The notes under the pieces were generated by a model that saw only the letters and a list, made by a program, of their open reading frames with translations, was not told where the DNA came from and did no database searches. A stretch of DNA of 63,626 nt, counting the filler, from Rhabdomonas costata (taxonomy: Eukaryota): the NCBI GenBank assembly GCA_019059605.1. It is 44 parts of 44 records of this genome, joined end to end, with 100 filler letters (N's around TTAATTAATTAA, not from the genome) between each part and the next. Parts side by side here need not be neighbours in the genome. Positions count along the whole stretch, not along the records: positions 23,179 to 24,528 come from JAHMHO010018596.1; positions 24,629 to 25,976 come from JAHMHO010018597.1; positions 26,077 to 27,424 come from JAHMHO010018598.1; positions 27,525 to 28,874 come from JAHMHO010018599.1; positions 28,975 to 30,322 come from JAHMHO010018600.1; positions 30,423 to 31,770 come from JAHMHO010018601.1; positions 31,871 to 33,218 come from JAHMHO010018602.1; positions 33,319 to 34,667 come from JAHMHO010018603.1; 36 more parts are not named here. One strand, given 5' to 3'. This document shows, one piece after another, positions 23,255-36,085 of this stretch (positions are counted from its first letter, which is position 1; each line of letters opens with the position of its first letter). The translations under genes were made by a program, and so were the position numbers.

Positions 23255-24628
23255 GGTGAGGAATGTGGAAATGAGGTCTGGAAATTAGGTGCTCTTTTTC
23301 TTTTTCCCATTTTCCCATGCTAATCAATGCAGAGGGTGTGAAAGTGGACAGAAAGGGAGAGGGGGGGGGGCGCTACGTGAGTTCAATAACATCCAGGTCC
23401 TGTGGGAGCTCAACATGTCCAACATCCGGAGGACATGCTAAGAATAAAAATAACTCGGCAGGGTAAAAGGCCTTTCTACGAAGCTTAAACTTCCCGCTTC
23501 CTGAGAAAAGTGGATGCTGCGCATCCGAGTGTCTTTTTTCGCGTAAAAAAAACTTCTTGGAAAGTGAGAGTAAAAGGCAAGGCGTCCATTCCCAGGAATC
23601 CCTGGTCTTTGGTTTCTTCGCGCCTCTGTTTTTTCCCTGCATCTGCGGACAGTGCAGACCATGTCAGTAATGAGTATCTGCGGAGACTCCTCCGAAATTT
23701 TGTGGTCTACAAGGCGCTACATGGCACTTGATGGATTACGGCGCAGATACCCATGTCCAGGTATTTGTTTTAAAACTGAAACAAAAGAACAGTTCGGTTG
23801 AAAAAAATGTGGGCCAAAGCGACAAAAGGACAAAACACGGGGCCAAAGCGCACATACAGGAATCCACTGTCAGTCAAGCGTTTCAAAAACAAAAAGGTAA
23901 TCCACTGGAGTTAATTCCAGTGCAAACTGTGGTAGGGTTGGGGTTCAATTTCCCAATGTTTCTTCCCCAGCCCAGCTCTAACCTTTGCCAGTCCCAGGCC
24001 AGGAAGACAGGCACGGAGCTCCTCAATGACAGCGCTGTGCTGCCGCCTCAATCTCTGAAGCAAAAAGAAAAATTGTGTTATCACGAACTATCGATCTGGG
24101 CTCTTTACAAAAAAAGACGTTTTTTTGACTTCATAAGCGAAAAAAAGACTATTCGAAATCTGTATTTATCGGGGATTTGTTCTACGGCAACCGGGAACAG
24201 GGTTCTACAAACCGCTAAGTTCAATGTGAACCAAAAAATTGGATTCAATTTAACGTCACCCAGTGCAAATTTCAATGTATTCCTTCGGGCGAAGAGGTCA
24301 AAAATCCTTACTGCTCAATTCAATGTTAGCCAAAGTTTCCCAAACCCACAAAACCTCAAAGGTCAAGAAGGGACAGTTCAATCCGACAACAACACAACTC
24401 GGCGGAGGCAGCAACTACGGCGAAGAACTCACTTCTGGGAAATTAAGCTCCCGTGTTGCGTGATGCGCTGAAAAGGAACGCAAAAATAAACGTATGGTAA
24501 AACGGTGTGTCGACGCTAGCCAGGAGCGNNNNNNNNNNNNNNNNNNNNNNNNNNNNNNNNNNNNNNNNNNNNTTAATTAATTAANNNNNNNNNNNNNNNN
24601 NNNNNNNNNNNNNNNNNNNNNNNNNNNN

Positions 24629-25564
24629 TTTGTGGGGTTGCAAAGGAGTTTGGCCAGGAACCACTTCTGGCAGCCCCGCCGCAAGGGCCTCTGGGATTCG
24701 CTCCTCCTGTTGCTGCTGCTCAGCGCGGTACAGCGAGGCAGTGCTGACAGCCACCCCGGCGCGGGCTCGAACTTTCCGCTCGTCCACGTCTGTCAGCCAG
24801 GCATCCAGGTCGGCGACCTCCCCAGTGTTGCGCTGGTAGAACCCCTCGGCGTCGAACTTGCCCTCACTGCGCTCGACGTTGGTGTTGAAGGGCTCGATCC
24901 GGTACCTGCAGCCATCCCATCCCCAGGAATGCATGTTTACCGTCTTGCAGAGGTCGGCAAGTACTGATATATCCAGGGAGAGGATCCCGGGAAAAAACTT
25001 TCTCCCGCGCGTTCCCAACCACATTAAGATACAGTGGTTGCTGTCCGGAAAAGAGAAAAGGGAGCAATAAGCCCTGGCGTGGTCCCATTGGAGGCCAGTC
25101 ATTCTCGGATGGTCATGGTTAGCAGTGAATATCAATTAACAATAAAGGAGACTGCACAGGGAAAACGCGGTTTCCGCCGCAGCATCAGGCAAAGCATCAT
25201 GCACAGCGAACTGGCAAGACGAAACAATTGCAGAATGAAGCAAGAAGGAAGGCACGCGCCTCGGACCACACCCCATTTCCCGTTCGTATCCGGTGAGGTC
25301 CTCGGGGTCGGCCTCTTCCTCCTTCACCACGACGAGCTCTAGCTCCCTCAGCTCCCGCCGCCGCTCCGCACGCATCGCCTTCGCCTCCGCCACCCGTCGC
25401 TGCTCACGCTCCTCTTCCTCGGCTTCCTCGGGGTCCTCCGCGGTGGAGGGCCGCCGGGCCGCAGGGGGTGCCCCCCCAGGCAGTCCCCCGTCCTCCTCGT
25501 CATCATCACTGTCATCGCTGTCTGGCTCCTGCGACTTCTTGGAACGCTGCGAGGGCAAGCCACC
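24629..25564 (-). CDS. CD2BP2: CD2BP2/U5-52K (Lin1)-like U5 snRNP protein, two exons (25564-25272; 24905 to near the contig edge)
   Basis: Acidic exon followed by GYRIEPFNTNVERSEGKFDAEGFY...DLDAWLTDVD, matching IEPFNLxxExxEGxFDxxGxY...DAWLD. GT-AG intron in phase 2. Confidence 0.75.
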
Positions 25565-26184
25565 CTGCAAAAAGCAAATGAAGGGAGGCGAGGAAAAACA
25601 AGGTGTGGATGTGTGAGGGTTGGTCTCCATTTTTGTCCATTCCAAATAATCTGAGCTGTTGTGGGGTCAGAAATTTGCTGCGGGGGGTTGACGCACAACT
25701 CCCATACTCACGGCGGACACCACATTCATGCCATATTGTTGCGAATTACGTAAATACGTACGCTCGGAATCCTCACAGGATATGTCCGCCCTACCTTCTC
25801 CGCCCGCTACCCATTCCCAAACCCTTGAGAAGCAAACGCTTTCAATCGCTGAAAAAAAGGCACGAAGGCAACCACAAAAAGTGAGCTCACGCAAAGAAAG
25901 CGAGCGAGAGAGAGAGGGTTACCGGGCGTGCAAAGGGGGAGCCGTCCTCGTCGCCCTCCCCTTCCTGAGGCAGGGGNNNNNNNNNNNNNNNNNNNNNNNN
26001 NNNNNNNNNNNNNNNNNNNNTTAATTAATTAANNNNNNNNNNNNNNNNNNNNNNNNNNNNNNNNNNNNNNNNNNNNTCTGAAGAATGGGCGCTGACAAGG
26101 TGAAATCCCTGAATGCCGAGGAGGGCCAGGTTAAGACGGCGGACAATTACTGAGGGGAAGGGCGACGAAGGCGCCTGAGCATAC

Positions 26185-26621
26185 GCTGAGTTTTCGTCGC
26201 CAGGCCGGACCGTAAGTTCTTGAAGGCCGGACCAGTTTACTGACAAGCGATTGCACTGGCTGTAGATGTGCCTTCCATCAAGCAACTGTGAGGAAGAGGA
26301 TTTTGGAAGAGTCTCGGCTTCCGAAAAGCAAATGAAAGAGAGCACAACCGGTCTCAAAACCTGTTTTGCATTCATCGCCTTCTGGACAGAATCCAATTGA
26401 ACAAAGGCGTGTGGATTCTCTATGAGCAAACGTCAAGGTCACACAACGTTGTGAAGGGAATTCAGGTCAGCTTTGAAATACCAATAAGCACTCGCACCAT
26501 GACGGGTGAAGACCACAATTTTCTCCACATTGCCGTGCTTCTCAAATACTTGCTTAATAACGTCAACAGTCACAGGGTATTTCACATTGGAGACCTCACA
26601 CCACAGAACCTTCGTCGGACT
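26185..26621 (-). CDS. PTB/hnRNP L-family RRM, three exons (26621-26498, 26419-26361, 26285-26185)
   Basis: KVLWCEVSNVKYPVTVDVIKQVFEKHGNVEKIVVF|...HAFVQLDSVQKAMNAKQ|LLDGRHIYSQCNRLSVNWSGLQELTV matches PTB RRM2 (YPVTLDVL..F...G.V.KI..F; LDG.NIY..C..L.I.FS). Introns of 78 and 75 nt, GT-AG. Confidence 0.88.
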
Positions 26622-29113
26622 CTGTAAAGAAGAAGAAGAAACTGACTGAACGCACCCAAGAAACCCAGGAAGAGCCCGCAAGGGGTCTCAAGGGAAGGAA
26701 CATTTTGAAGGACAAAGTGAAAATGACCCATGACGTTCCCACTCACGCTTCAAGCTTGCGAACGGAATGTCACACAGAACAAAATGAGGGGCCCTCTCGG
26801 CGTAGCTCCTCGGCCTGAGAGGTTCTTTACTGCGACAACACAGCCTCCAGCAGGCTCCTTGCTAGGAGGCAAGGAGGAAAGGTAAACTTTCCCAAACAAA
26901 TAAAATTCCAGTCATGCTCAAACGAAACCGAGCGATTGCAGAAAGTTCGAGGCAAGAGTGCTGGCAACAAAACAAAGAAAAGCCAGGTGCCCTTCACGGA
27001 CCAAGAGCTGGCGTAAACCAAGAGGTGGGTCAGGTTGGACCAACGAAACCAAGGAAGTTATACAGCCGAGAAGAAACAACAAAATGGGTGCGCAACGCAA
27101 AAGAACCGGCTGGCAAAGTGCGCGCCACGGACTCCGGAGTTAGGCGCCAATCGGTCCGTCCCTCGGACAAAAAGCATCCGGGAAATTGAGCTTTCAGATT
27201 TGAAAACATGAACAGTTTTTCCGACTTAGCCAACCTATATTTCTAACTTCAACAATGTGACCACCTTTCTCTAATGGAGTTCTTTCTCTCTTCCTCCCGT
27301 GAAATCCTGCCCCTTCTGTTCCTCTCGTTTTCCTTTCGCTCACTCCCATCTATTGCTCTCATCTTCTTATCATGCAAAAAGCTTTCTTGAAAGGAGCGAA
27401 GAAGCGCAGTCGAGACCCAAAACANNNNNNNNNNNNNNNNNNNNNNNNNNNNNNNNNNNNNNNNNNNNTTAATTAATTAANNNNNNNNNNNNNNNNNNNN
27501 NNNNNNNNNNNNNNNNNNNNNNNNTTCCCCCACTCCGCTCACCGTTCCTCCGACTTGGGTTGCCGGGCATAGCCGCGAGGTGTTACCCATTTTCGTGAAA
27601 CACGGACCGGACTACCCTCAGCGTTTTATTTTACCTTCAGCCCCTCCCAACCCCCGCGCGCTCCTTGTCATACTCTCACCGCGCGTGGGTTCCCTTTGGG
27701 TGCCTTTGTTGGATTGCTGGCTCGTTTTCCGTTTCAGCGATCGTCTTGTGCAGCCTTTGCGGTTTGCGGGCTCCCCGCCCGCTGGGTCCGCCTCGCCCTC
27801 CACTTCACTGTTTGACTGTTGTCGACTCCCTTCCCCTGCACACTTCCCTTGCGCTTATAATTGCTCAAAGCGGTGCGCAAGTGTGTGAGCGACCTTTGCC
27901 TTGCAACAGTGTTGGTTCCAGTACCCCAGCTTTTGGATTGGGTGGGCTCCGCGTCATGTGTTCTGAATTCGAGTGGTTTGTGAAAAAGGTGTACATTTAT
28001 ACGCCTGTGGTCAGTCTTTTGGGATGTGGTTGCAGGTCAAGGCTGCCTCCCCCCCCCCCCTCCCAGTTCATGCGCGATGCTCCTGCGGCACCGCTATTAT
28101 TATCACTCATGGCGGTGAAAGTAATAATCTTCCTTTCCCGTTGTTTTTCGTTGGTTGTCCTTATAAATTTGTCTTTGATCCGTCGCCTGTAAAATTTTTA
28201 CCGCTGAATGTTTAAAATATCGCTTCAATAGTCCTTCTGGTAAACGTTCCTGTAAAACTTCATGTCCAGAGGCGCTCAGGAAAGGCTTGAGAAAACGACC
28301 GCACTGTTCGAACGTGTATCGCGCCCTTCATCTTTCACATTTTTGGTGGAGCTCTTGGGGGAGGGGTTCAGTGCAAAAAAAGGTCACTTCGAGTTCTTCC
28401 ATGTTGCCTTCCTCTTTTGTGGAGTCGTGGAGTTGTGCACAACACAACACTTCTTCCCCCCGGAATTAGGTGAACGCTCAATCCCATTTTAGCCCACGCC
28501 ATTCAAAAGTGGGCACGACCCACGAACACACTCTTTAAAAGGGACTGTGAGCACGACCCCTTGCTCCATGGCTGTCGAGTGCATGGTGTCGGCTCTGTTG
28601 ACGACGTCCCTTTTCCTCCTCATCGCTCGCCTCCAGCGCGAGCACCACCACATTTTACGCGCATTTGGGGAGAAGAGAGGGCCTTGCGCCCGTTCTCAAC
28701 CTTTGGGATCTGGTTGCAGTTCATGGAAGCCCTCCCAAACGTGCGTGGAGTTTTTAGGTTGTTAGTAAATCGATTCTTGCTCTTCAGAATCCAGCTGTTC
28801 TAAAGTGCAAGCAGCCCGAAGCGACGACACTCTGCCTGTGAGCCACAGAACACATTGTCAAATTACCCAAAAACNNNNNNNNNNNNNNNNNNNNNNNNNN
28901 NNNNNNNNNNNNNNNNNNTTAATTAATTAANNNNNNNNNNNNNNNNNNNNNNNNNNNNNNNNNNNNNNNNNNNNGGGGGGGGGAGGTTCAGATCCAATTT
29001 GCTGTAAAAGGGGGAGTTCGTGAGCAAAGCAAAATGCCAACTTCCTTCACAAGCTGATACGTTTCTTCTTCCATACAGTGTCCGAATGTCCTTGAACAAG
29101 AGTCTGAGCATGC

Positions 29114-29921
29114 CTTGTTCGGAGCGAAGTCCTTGCCATACGGGGAGGAGCTCTGTGCGACCCACTCCTCCTTGTCCCGGACGTCCATCAGGACGTGCTC
29201 GTGGGGCCCGATCTTTCCCGAGGCGAATCCGTTGGCCAACACCAGCAAGTCCTCCCGGGTGGCCATAAGCTCCGAGGCGATGTTGGGTGTGAACTGTGTC
29301 CGCTGTGGGGGAACCGGCTGTGATTTCAAAGGAGAGAGCATCATGTGCTGGTGGTGAACTGGAGTCGTGCAAAAATGCGGACTACTTGTGCAAGAGAAAT
29401 TGCTTGTAAATATGCATGAGCTGTGCGTGGCAGTGCAGCTCTTCTTGCAGCACGTCAGGCACACACATACACACACATGAAAAACCGCATTCACACATGA
29501 AAACCACCAGATCGTACTCCACTTGTGCAGTTCAGGGCACAGCTGTCATACCAAGTTGGCGCACTGGGTTGGGTAAGGTTGGCTTCATTGTCTCATTTGC
29601 ACTGCTCCTGATGCTCCCGAGATTCAGATGGAGCTGAACAACCATCACACAGATGTCAGGCTGGACTTGACTTGCACTGGAACAGTTCCGTTATCAGCGG
29701 CCCACCTGTTGAATTGGATAGCCACCAATTTGCTTTGTCCGTGCGTCCAGCAACTTAGAGCAGTAGGAAGAAACTGTATCTGTGGCAGGTCGGCGCTCAC
29801 ACCGCTCGACTGAGGGGGAGCCTCAGCCGGTCCCAGTCCGCCATGGCGCCGTTGAGCACGGAGGCGTTCTTCACCCCAAGGTACTTCAGCAGGAAGTACC
29901 CCCGGCAGCTCTGCCCGTACC
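29114..29921 (-). CDS. Tandem-domain rhodanese/sulfurtransferase, two exons (29921-29803; 29317-29114)
   Basis: YGQSCRGYFLLKYLGVKNASVLNGAMADW (rhodanese VLxGGxxxW), then LMDVRDKEEWVAQSSSPYGKDFAPNK. Phase-0 GT-AG intron. The second exon appears to end at AAG|GCATGC. Confidence 0.85.
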
Positions 29922-32018
29922 CTGTGGCAGCAGAGGAACACAGAGCCGACTCTGTATCATCGCTATAATCGCTGTATCAGTCGCTGTTGTGAATGCCAAC
30001 GACAGAATTCTCTAAGTTTGACACAATCGGCAGTCGACACAATCTTCACAACTATGCAAGCTATGCTCTCAACGCCCCAGACTAACAGCCATAAACCAAT
30101 CACGAAGGCTTGAATTTCGAGAAAAAGAACTGAGTATTACCAAGCTTGCGCTGTACCAAGTGACAGCAAGCACTTCTAACTTTTTTTTAGATAACTTGGG
30201 AACTCTTAGCTGAGCGGTTGGGCATTATGCATTTATGCCGATGGGGTGATTCTTACACCAAGAGCAGGAGGAGAGCAGGTGAACGAATCACCCCATCGGC
30301 ATAAATGCATAATGCCCACCCANNNNNNNNNNNNNNNNNNNNNNNNNNNNNNNNNNNNNNNNNNNNTTAATTAATTAANNNNNNNNNNNNNNNNNNNNNN
30401 NNNNNNNNNNNNNNNNNNNNNNGCAGGTAGGTGTGTGTGTGTGTGTGCAAGTGCGCTGAGCATTCCACAATGTGAGTGAGTGGGTGGGTGGGGGATCAGG
30501 CCTGGCCTGTAGTCGCGGGACAGGATCTCCCCGTCATCCTCATCGCCGCTGACCTCCCCGCCGAGCGGGGACGCCGCAGCTCGGGCTGTTCTCCGCAGGG
30601 CGCGCCAGGCCACACTGGCCCAGCAAGAGCCTGCAAACCCAACCCATCACAAGGGCACACGGAAAAGTTCTTTGCCCCAGAGGTTCTCGAGGGTGGGGTG
30701 GGGTGGGTGGATATTTTTCTCTCCATTCCCCGACTTCACTCTTTCTCGAGATCCCATGTGACCCGATTTAAGCGCCTGTTGACTGCGCTGCTCCACTGAA
30801 AGCGCGCCTCCCCATATTTGAGACGATCACCCCCCTGAAGCAAAAAATTCCTACAGCTGAACGGTAGGACAACTTCTGCCAAGCCTACCAAACGCACCAC
30901 CACCCTTTCACATCTGCCTGAAAAATCGCGGTTGGGCGCACCCTGGCCCTAGTACCAAAATGAGCGTTTCAGACCTCATGTTGTTTGCTTCACTGACATC
31001 TAGCACGGGTGGTAAAATGAATTGGTTGAGTGTTCTGGCTGAAGCGCGCTATACTGGACCTTGTGTGTGTACCTTCCTCGCTGGGCAAGGATGTGCCTTC
31101 ACAGAAGGACCGCTCCGCGGCGACCACTTTGACGGGGGGCCGCGAAGAGCACCGCACGGCTCTCACAGACCGAATGCGAACGCCATGCAGCAGCCTGCCT
31201 GCACGCGCGTGTGCATGGAGAAGGAACCTACCCTTTGTCGTCCAACAGATGTCAAGTGTAAACAGCGCTCCAGAACCATTTTGATTTTACACTGGAACAT
31301 AACCACGGTTGCGGAGGGCAAAAATTGTACCTGTGTTATAGTAGCAACTTGGAACCTTTTTGTCCTGATGCCCAACTGAAGCCACACTAAAACCACAATG
31401 AAACCCAATGAACCCAATGTGTTTTAGAGGAATTAATGGTAGGAATGAGGTACTGCCTCCACTTCTCACCGCCCCCAGATTTTTTGTGCAATGTGGTCGC
31501 AATGTCATAAATGCCTTCCGAAAAAGGCGAAAAAGGCCTTCTAATCGCTTCGTGCAGCAGTTAAAGCCTTGGGCTCACCGGAGTCCCAGATCTTTCTCCT
31601 TTTCTTATTCACGCTCTCGGTCTCCCCCTCCTTTCTTCTTTTCACGTCCTCCACCCTCCACCAAAACTCCGAAGTACCACAAAAATTTTGAGAGCATCAC
31701 TTAATCCTCGCAGTCGTCGTCCTATACTCTTTGGTCGAATCTACGATCTTACTCCCGAAAAAAAACCACANNNNNNNNNNNNNNNNNNNNNNNNNNNNNN
31801 NNNNNNNNNNNNNNTTAATTAATTAANNNNNNNNNNNNNNNNNNNNNNNNNNNNNNNNNNNNNNNNNNNNGGGTTTTTGTCCCAGCCTCTCGCTAGGTAT
31901 CGGGTTGATTGAATAGCTGGCTGCTGAATTGTGATAAGCCTGCTCAGCCTCCGGGGCACTCTGCTCCTCATTTTCACGTCTCTCTTTTGAGAGCTTTTGG
32001 AAGATGCTTTTTGGGTAG

Positions 32019-33210
32019 CCTGCTGAGCTTGCCCGATGGCCTGCTGGAGTCCGCCCCGGACGGGGCTCCGCTGTGGCGGGGGCTGCGGGTGCGAGTGGGC
32101 ATTCACCTGGGCATTGCCAATGTTGAGATGGACCGAGAGACTTTGCGGGTAGCCTTTTTGCCACGGTCACTGTCGGTCTGTTATGTTGACTTCTCGGCAA
32201 GGTTCCGGTGGCCCTGCTGTCCACTCGTGCGTCAGTTGGAGCTGAAACGACTTTAGTGCGCCAACCATCCGCGTGTCGGTGTCACCGTTCTTGCTTTAGG
32301 TTTCTTTCTTGGGGAAAGGGTTTTTCATTCAGAGAGAAACGCTTCTTCTTCCAGGCCACGTTCATGTTTCAGGATGAATGGTTAACCACTTCTGGCACTG
32401 TGTTTTGAGGGTATTTTTCCGGATTTCAAGGGAGTGTACCCCCACCCCTGTCTTCAGGCGGACTACTTCGGGCCCACGGTGAACTACGCCGCCCGAGTGG
32501 AGTCCAAGGCCCTAGGTGGTCAGGTGCTTGTGAGTCAGGTTCTGCTGGACCGGATCCAAGGGGAGCTCGAGTCGGAGGTTGTGGTGGGCAGCGCGGGCAC
32601 GCACACCTTCAAGGGCATTCGAACCCCCCAGGAGCTTTTCTCACTGTGCCTTCCGGTACGCATGCGGTTGTGATGGATATTATTCCCACCGCTGCTGAGC
32701 CTAACAGCCTCTATGTCTGTTTTTTTTCATGGCTACCTTTGACAAGTGCCAGTGATTTTGTTCTTTGGCAGACCAGGTTGATGCATTCTTTGTGTGTTGG
32801 TTGATATGGATTTGGAAGTGTCATCTGCGTCCCAGGAGCTGTACTCACGGTGCCTTCGGGTGCGCTCCGTCGTAGTTCTGGCGTTGGCGTTGCTGTGCCT
32901 TGTGCTGAAGACGTGCTGTTTGCGCAGTGGATTCGTCGCTATTGAGAGTGAGGTTATGTTCCAGCTGACATGGCGCCGGGTAGGGCCAGAAGTTTCAACA
33001 CTGTTTCGGTGATTTTTTCTTTTCCGGAATGAACGGACTTGTCGCGGCCGAGTATCGCTCACCATCGCATTCACTGCTCTCAACTTTTTATATTTCCGCA
33101 CAAGGCCCTGCGGTACCGGGAGTTCCGTGGTGCTGCTGTGCAACCGCTGCAAAGGCCCCGCGACGTGCCCGCGGTGCGACACCGAGGACCCCTTCGCAGG
33201 CCGCGCCCCC
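32019..33210 (+). CDS. Class III adenylyl cyclase catalytic domain, exons 32019-32148, 32458-32655 and 33105 to near the contig edge
   Basis: LWRGLRVRVGIHLG...|ADYFGPTVNYAARVESKALGGQVLVS...HTFKGI. Fungal/euglenozoan receptor-AC-type signature. Phase-0 introns. Confidence 0.93.
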
Positions 33211-33495
33211 ACCACACCNNNNNNNNNNNNNNNNNNNNNNNNNNNNNNNNNNNNNNNNNNNNTTAATTAATTAANNNNNNNNNNNNNNNNNNNNNNNNNN
33301 NNNNNNNNNNNNNNNNNNACTTTCACTGCTCCCTTCCCCCGCTCTTTGATATATGGCATAGTGCTTCTCTTTGTCATTGTGCTTTCCCTCGCTCTGAGGC
33401 TTCATCTCGGGCTTGGTACAATGGTGACTTTACACCACCTCCTACAGATCACCACTCACGCCCCCCCTCTCGCCCTCAGTCTCGCAGAACAGTAC

Positions 33496-33644
33496 CGGTA
33501 CAGAAAGGTCGCAGCGCAGGAAGCCCCGCCAGGGTCCGAGGCGAAGGCCTGCACGATGTCGTCCTTGGTGCACTGCTTCTTCTCCTTCTTCACGATTTGG
33601 CGGCTTTCTCGATCGTACACGTACCATGCGTGCAGGGCGCCATG
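33496..33644 (-). CDS. Putative exon, unknown protein
   Basis: GC3-rich open segment HGALHAWYVYDRESRQIVKKEKKQCTKDDIVQAFASDPGGASCAATFLY between CAG and GT. Confidence 0.45.
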
Positions 33645-34932
33645 CTGGTAAGTGATCGTCGAGGGGATGGGCACGTCCGCGCCTGCGTGGAAGAAATAGA
33701 GCGCAACAAATCAAATGGAGGTCGAAATAGGGTGACGTTGACTTCCGCCCGGGGTCAGTTGAACAACGAAATTATTCAGATTCCGCTTCGCTACATCGTT
33801 CATTTCCCGCTGATTTCGACGCCATCGTCTCCCTCTCAATCACGGTCCGGTTTATTCTTTTTTTTTTTTTTGCCATTTTACCACTTCGCCACCTACGCCT
33901 CAAAAAAGTGATGTGTTCTCTTTTGATGTTTTGATGGGGGCGAGTTGCTTAAGACACAATGACGGTGAGTCTTATCGGGTCCTCCGTCGGAACCACGAAA
34001 CAGCGGGAAAACGAATATCAAGCCCCAAGCTCAACCGGGATAAAGGTAAAAAAGCTGCAGGCGCCCAGGTGCCCCCCTCCCCACACACAACAGACCAGCC
34101 TTAGTGGGGTCCTTCTGAGCCAACAGCTGGAACAAATTGATCAGCGAGTAGTCAACCTCCAGGGGGTCCGCCATTGCAGCGAGAACGGAAGAACGAAGAG
34201 ACCACAGGATAAGAGAAAACTCGCTCTTTCCTCACTCCCCCTTGAATTGTATCACCCTCCAGTCAAAGCAAAGAATGGAGTCGTGAACATTGCAAATGCA
34301 CAACGTAACACCGCAGAGCGAATCGGCACTGACTGAGAGAGAAGAAGAAATAGAAGAAAACGAGAGCCTTTCGTGCTGGATCAACCAAGGAATGGAGCGT
34401 TGCAGTGCAAAAAAAAATACCCCAGAAAGTGAGGAGACTTACCGCTCGTTGTTCGGATATTATTGACAACAGAATCGCGGATGGGGAAGCAAGGAAGCCC
34501 ACCCACAACAGGTGCAGTAACCGTGTCGCATCGCCATCCCTGAAGGGCCATGATAGAAGTCGCAAAGACACTTTCCATGCTGCCAGCTAATTTCTGCTCG
34601 GGTATGACAGCAGCTTCAGAAGCATGTAATTGACCCATCCTTTGCCGCGCCCACAACCCCCAAAAACNNNNNNNNNNNNNNNNNNNNNNNNNNNNNNNNN
34701 NNNNNNNNNNNTTAATTAATTAANNNNNNNNNNNNNNNNNNNNNNNNNNNNNNNNNNNNNNNNNNNNCACTCGGTATTATAGGCTGTATTTATATGTTGG
34801 TTTTTCCTAGTATTGCATTATGCAATTCAAGGCGTTGCTTTTTTATTCGTGGTAAGCGTCTTCAGGGGTCTTGAGTTTCTTTGTTTTTAAGGTTTGATCA
34901 ATGGCTATGGCGTATCTTTCTTTGCTCACAAG

Positions 34933-36085
34933 GCAGCACTGCAGTCGGAAGCGGGAAAGGTGGAGGCGGAGGTGAAAACTAAGTCCAGCGAGCTGCAGGC
35001 TTCAAAGCTGGAGGTCAACACCGCGCGGTACAAGGAAAATGTGGCACAGAACAAGTATGATGGGAAATGTCTCGGCACAGAAGTCGTCGAACTGTCTCGT
35101 CGAGGCCCGTTCGCGCGCTAGAGAGTTTTGTCAACCGCAGTGCAAGCACTTGATGTGGCAAATCAAATCTAATTGGGCTTGGATGAGCTGGTCATGGATG
35201 TGTGGGACCTATCCCAGGTTGCTCGAGAAGGACACCCGACTTAACGAGCTGCACGCTCGTAGCGGCCGAGTTTCACAGTTCAAGACTGCGGCGGAGCGCA
35301 ACAAGTGGATTGACCGTGAGCTGCAGAAGAACGAGGAGAATCGGAGGGCGGGCGAGGTGCAGGTGTGGATTCGAGCAGATCTGCTGTGATTCGGGGGTAA
35401 CTGACGGGCTGTGATGGCGATGGTGATACTGGAATTTTGGGATGCAGTGCGGAAAATTGGTTTTATTCACTTATTTTTGAAGGCCTTCTTTGAGTCAGTC
35501 ACGCTTTTATGTCCTCCTTCTGCTGAAAAGAAATGAGAAGGGCTGTCCTTCAACTCATAGGCGGGAGGATTTTGCCGTTGGTGCACAGGTGGAGCAGTTA
35601 AAGAAAGAGATCCAGCAGCTGGAGCGGAGGCTGGCCTCAGGAGAGGCCGAGCGGAAGACCCACCGAGGTGCGCACCTGAACAGATTACCGATCTCTGTGC
35701 TTAAGAGCGAGGGTGGTTAGCTCCTCAAAGATAATCTTTCCCACGGTCATGGAATAAGGCCACAGCAGTTTTTGTCTGACACCCGATAAGCCTAGTAACT
35801 CCCCAAAACCGACATACTTAGCGTTTCACGTTTCGAACAGAAGTCCTTTTAGCTTATATTTATGCCGGTGGTTCTTCGCGGCATCCTTTTGTGCCGTAGT
35901 TGAAAACTCTCAGTTTACGGTGGAGGATGCTAAAAGTTGGTTCCGAAAATGGTTGCCTTCTGAGGTATGAGCTCAGATTTGAGTTCTCACAGTTCCTTCG
36001 TATCGCTTACAAACAAGCTCAACGAGTGTATTGCGCAGATCGACCAGAGCGAGAAGAAGAAGTCTGCGCTCACTGAGAAGCGCGA
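34933..36085 (+). CDS. SMC3: Cohesin SMC3 coiled-coil fragment, exons 34933-35027, 35218-35362, 35589-35667 and about 35977-36085
   Basis: LHARSGRVSQFKTAAERNKWIDREL matches the SMC3-specific LYAKQGRxSQFxSKxERDxWIxxEL. Exon phases are compatible. The boundary of the last exon is uncertain. Confidence 0.85.

Noticed and set aside
23524-23545. TCCGAGTGTCTTTTTTCG resembling the euglenid spliced-leader exon
   Set aside because: Short partial match with mismatches, not directly followed by a GT donor, and no SL RNA structure recognised.
23728-24471. 247-aa ORF
   Set aside because: Non-ATG start, no recognisable motif, and it lacks the GC3 bias of real exons in this window.
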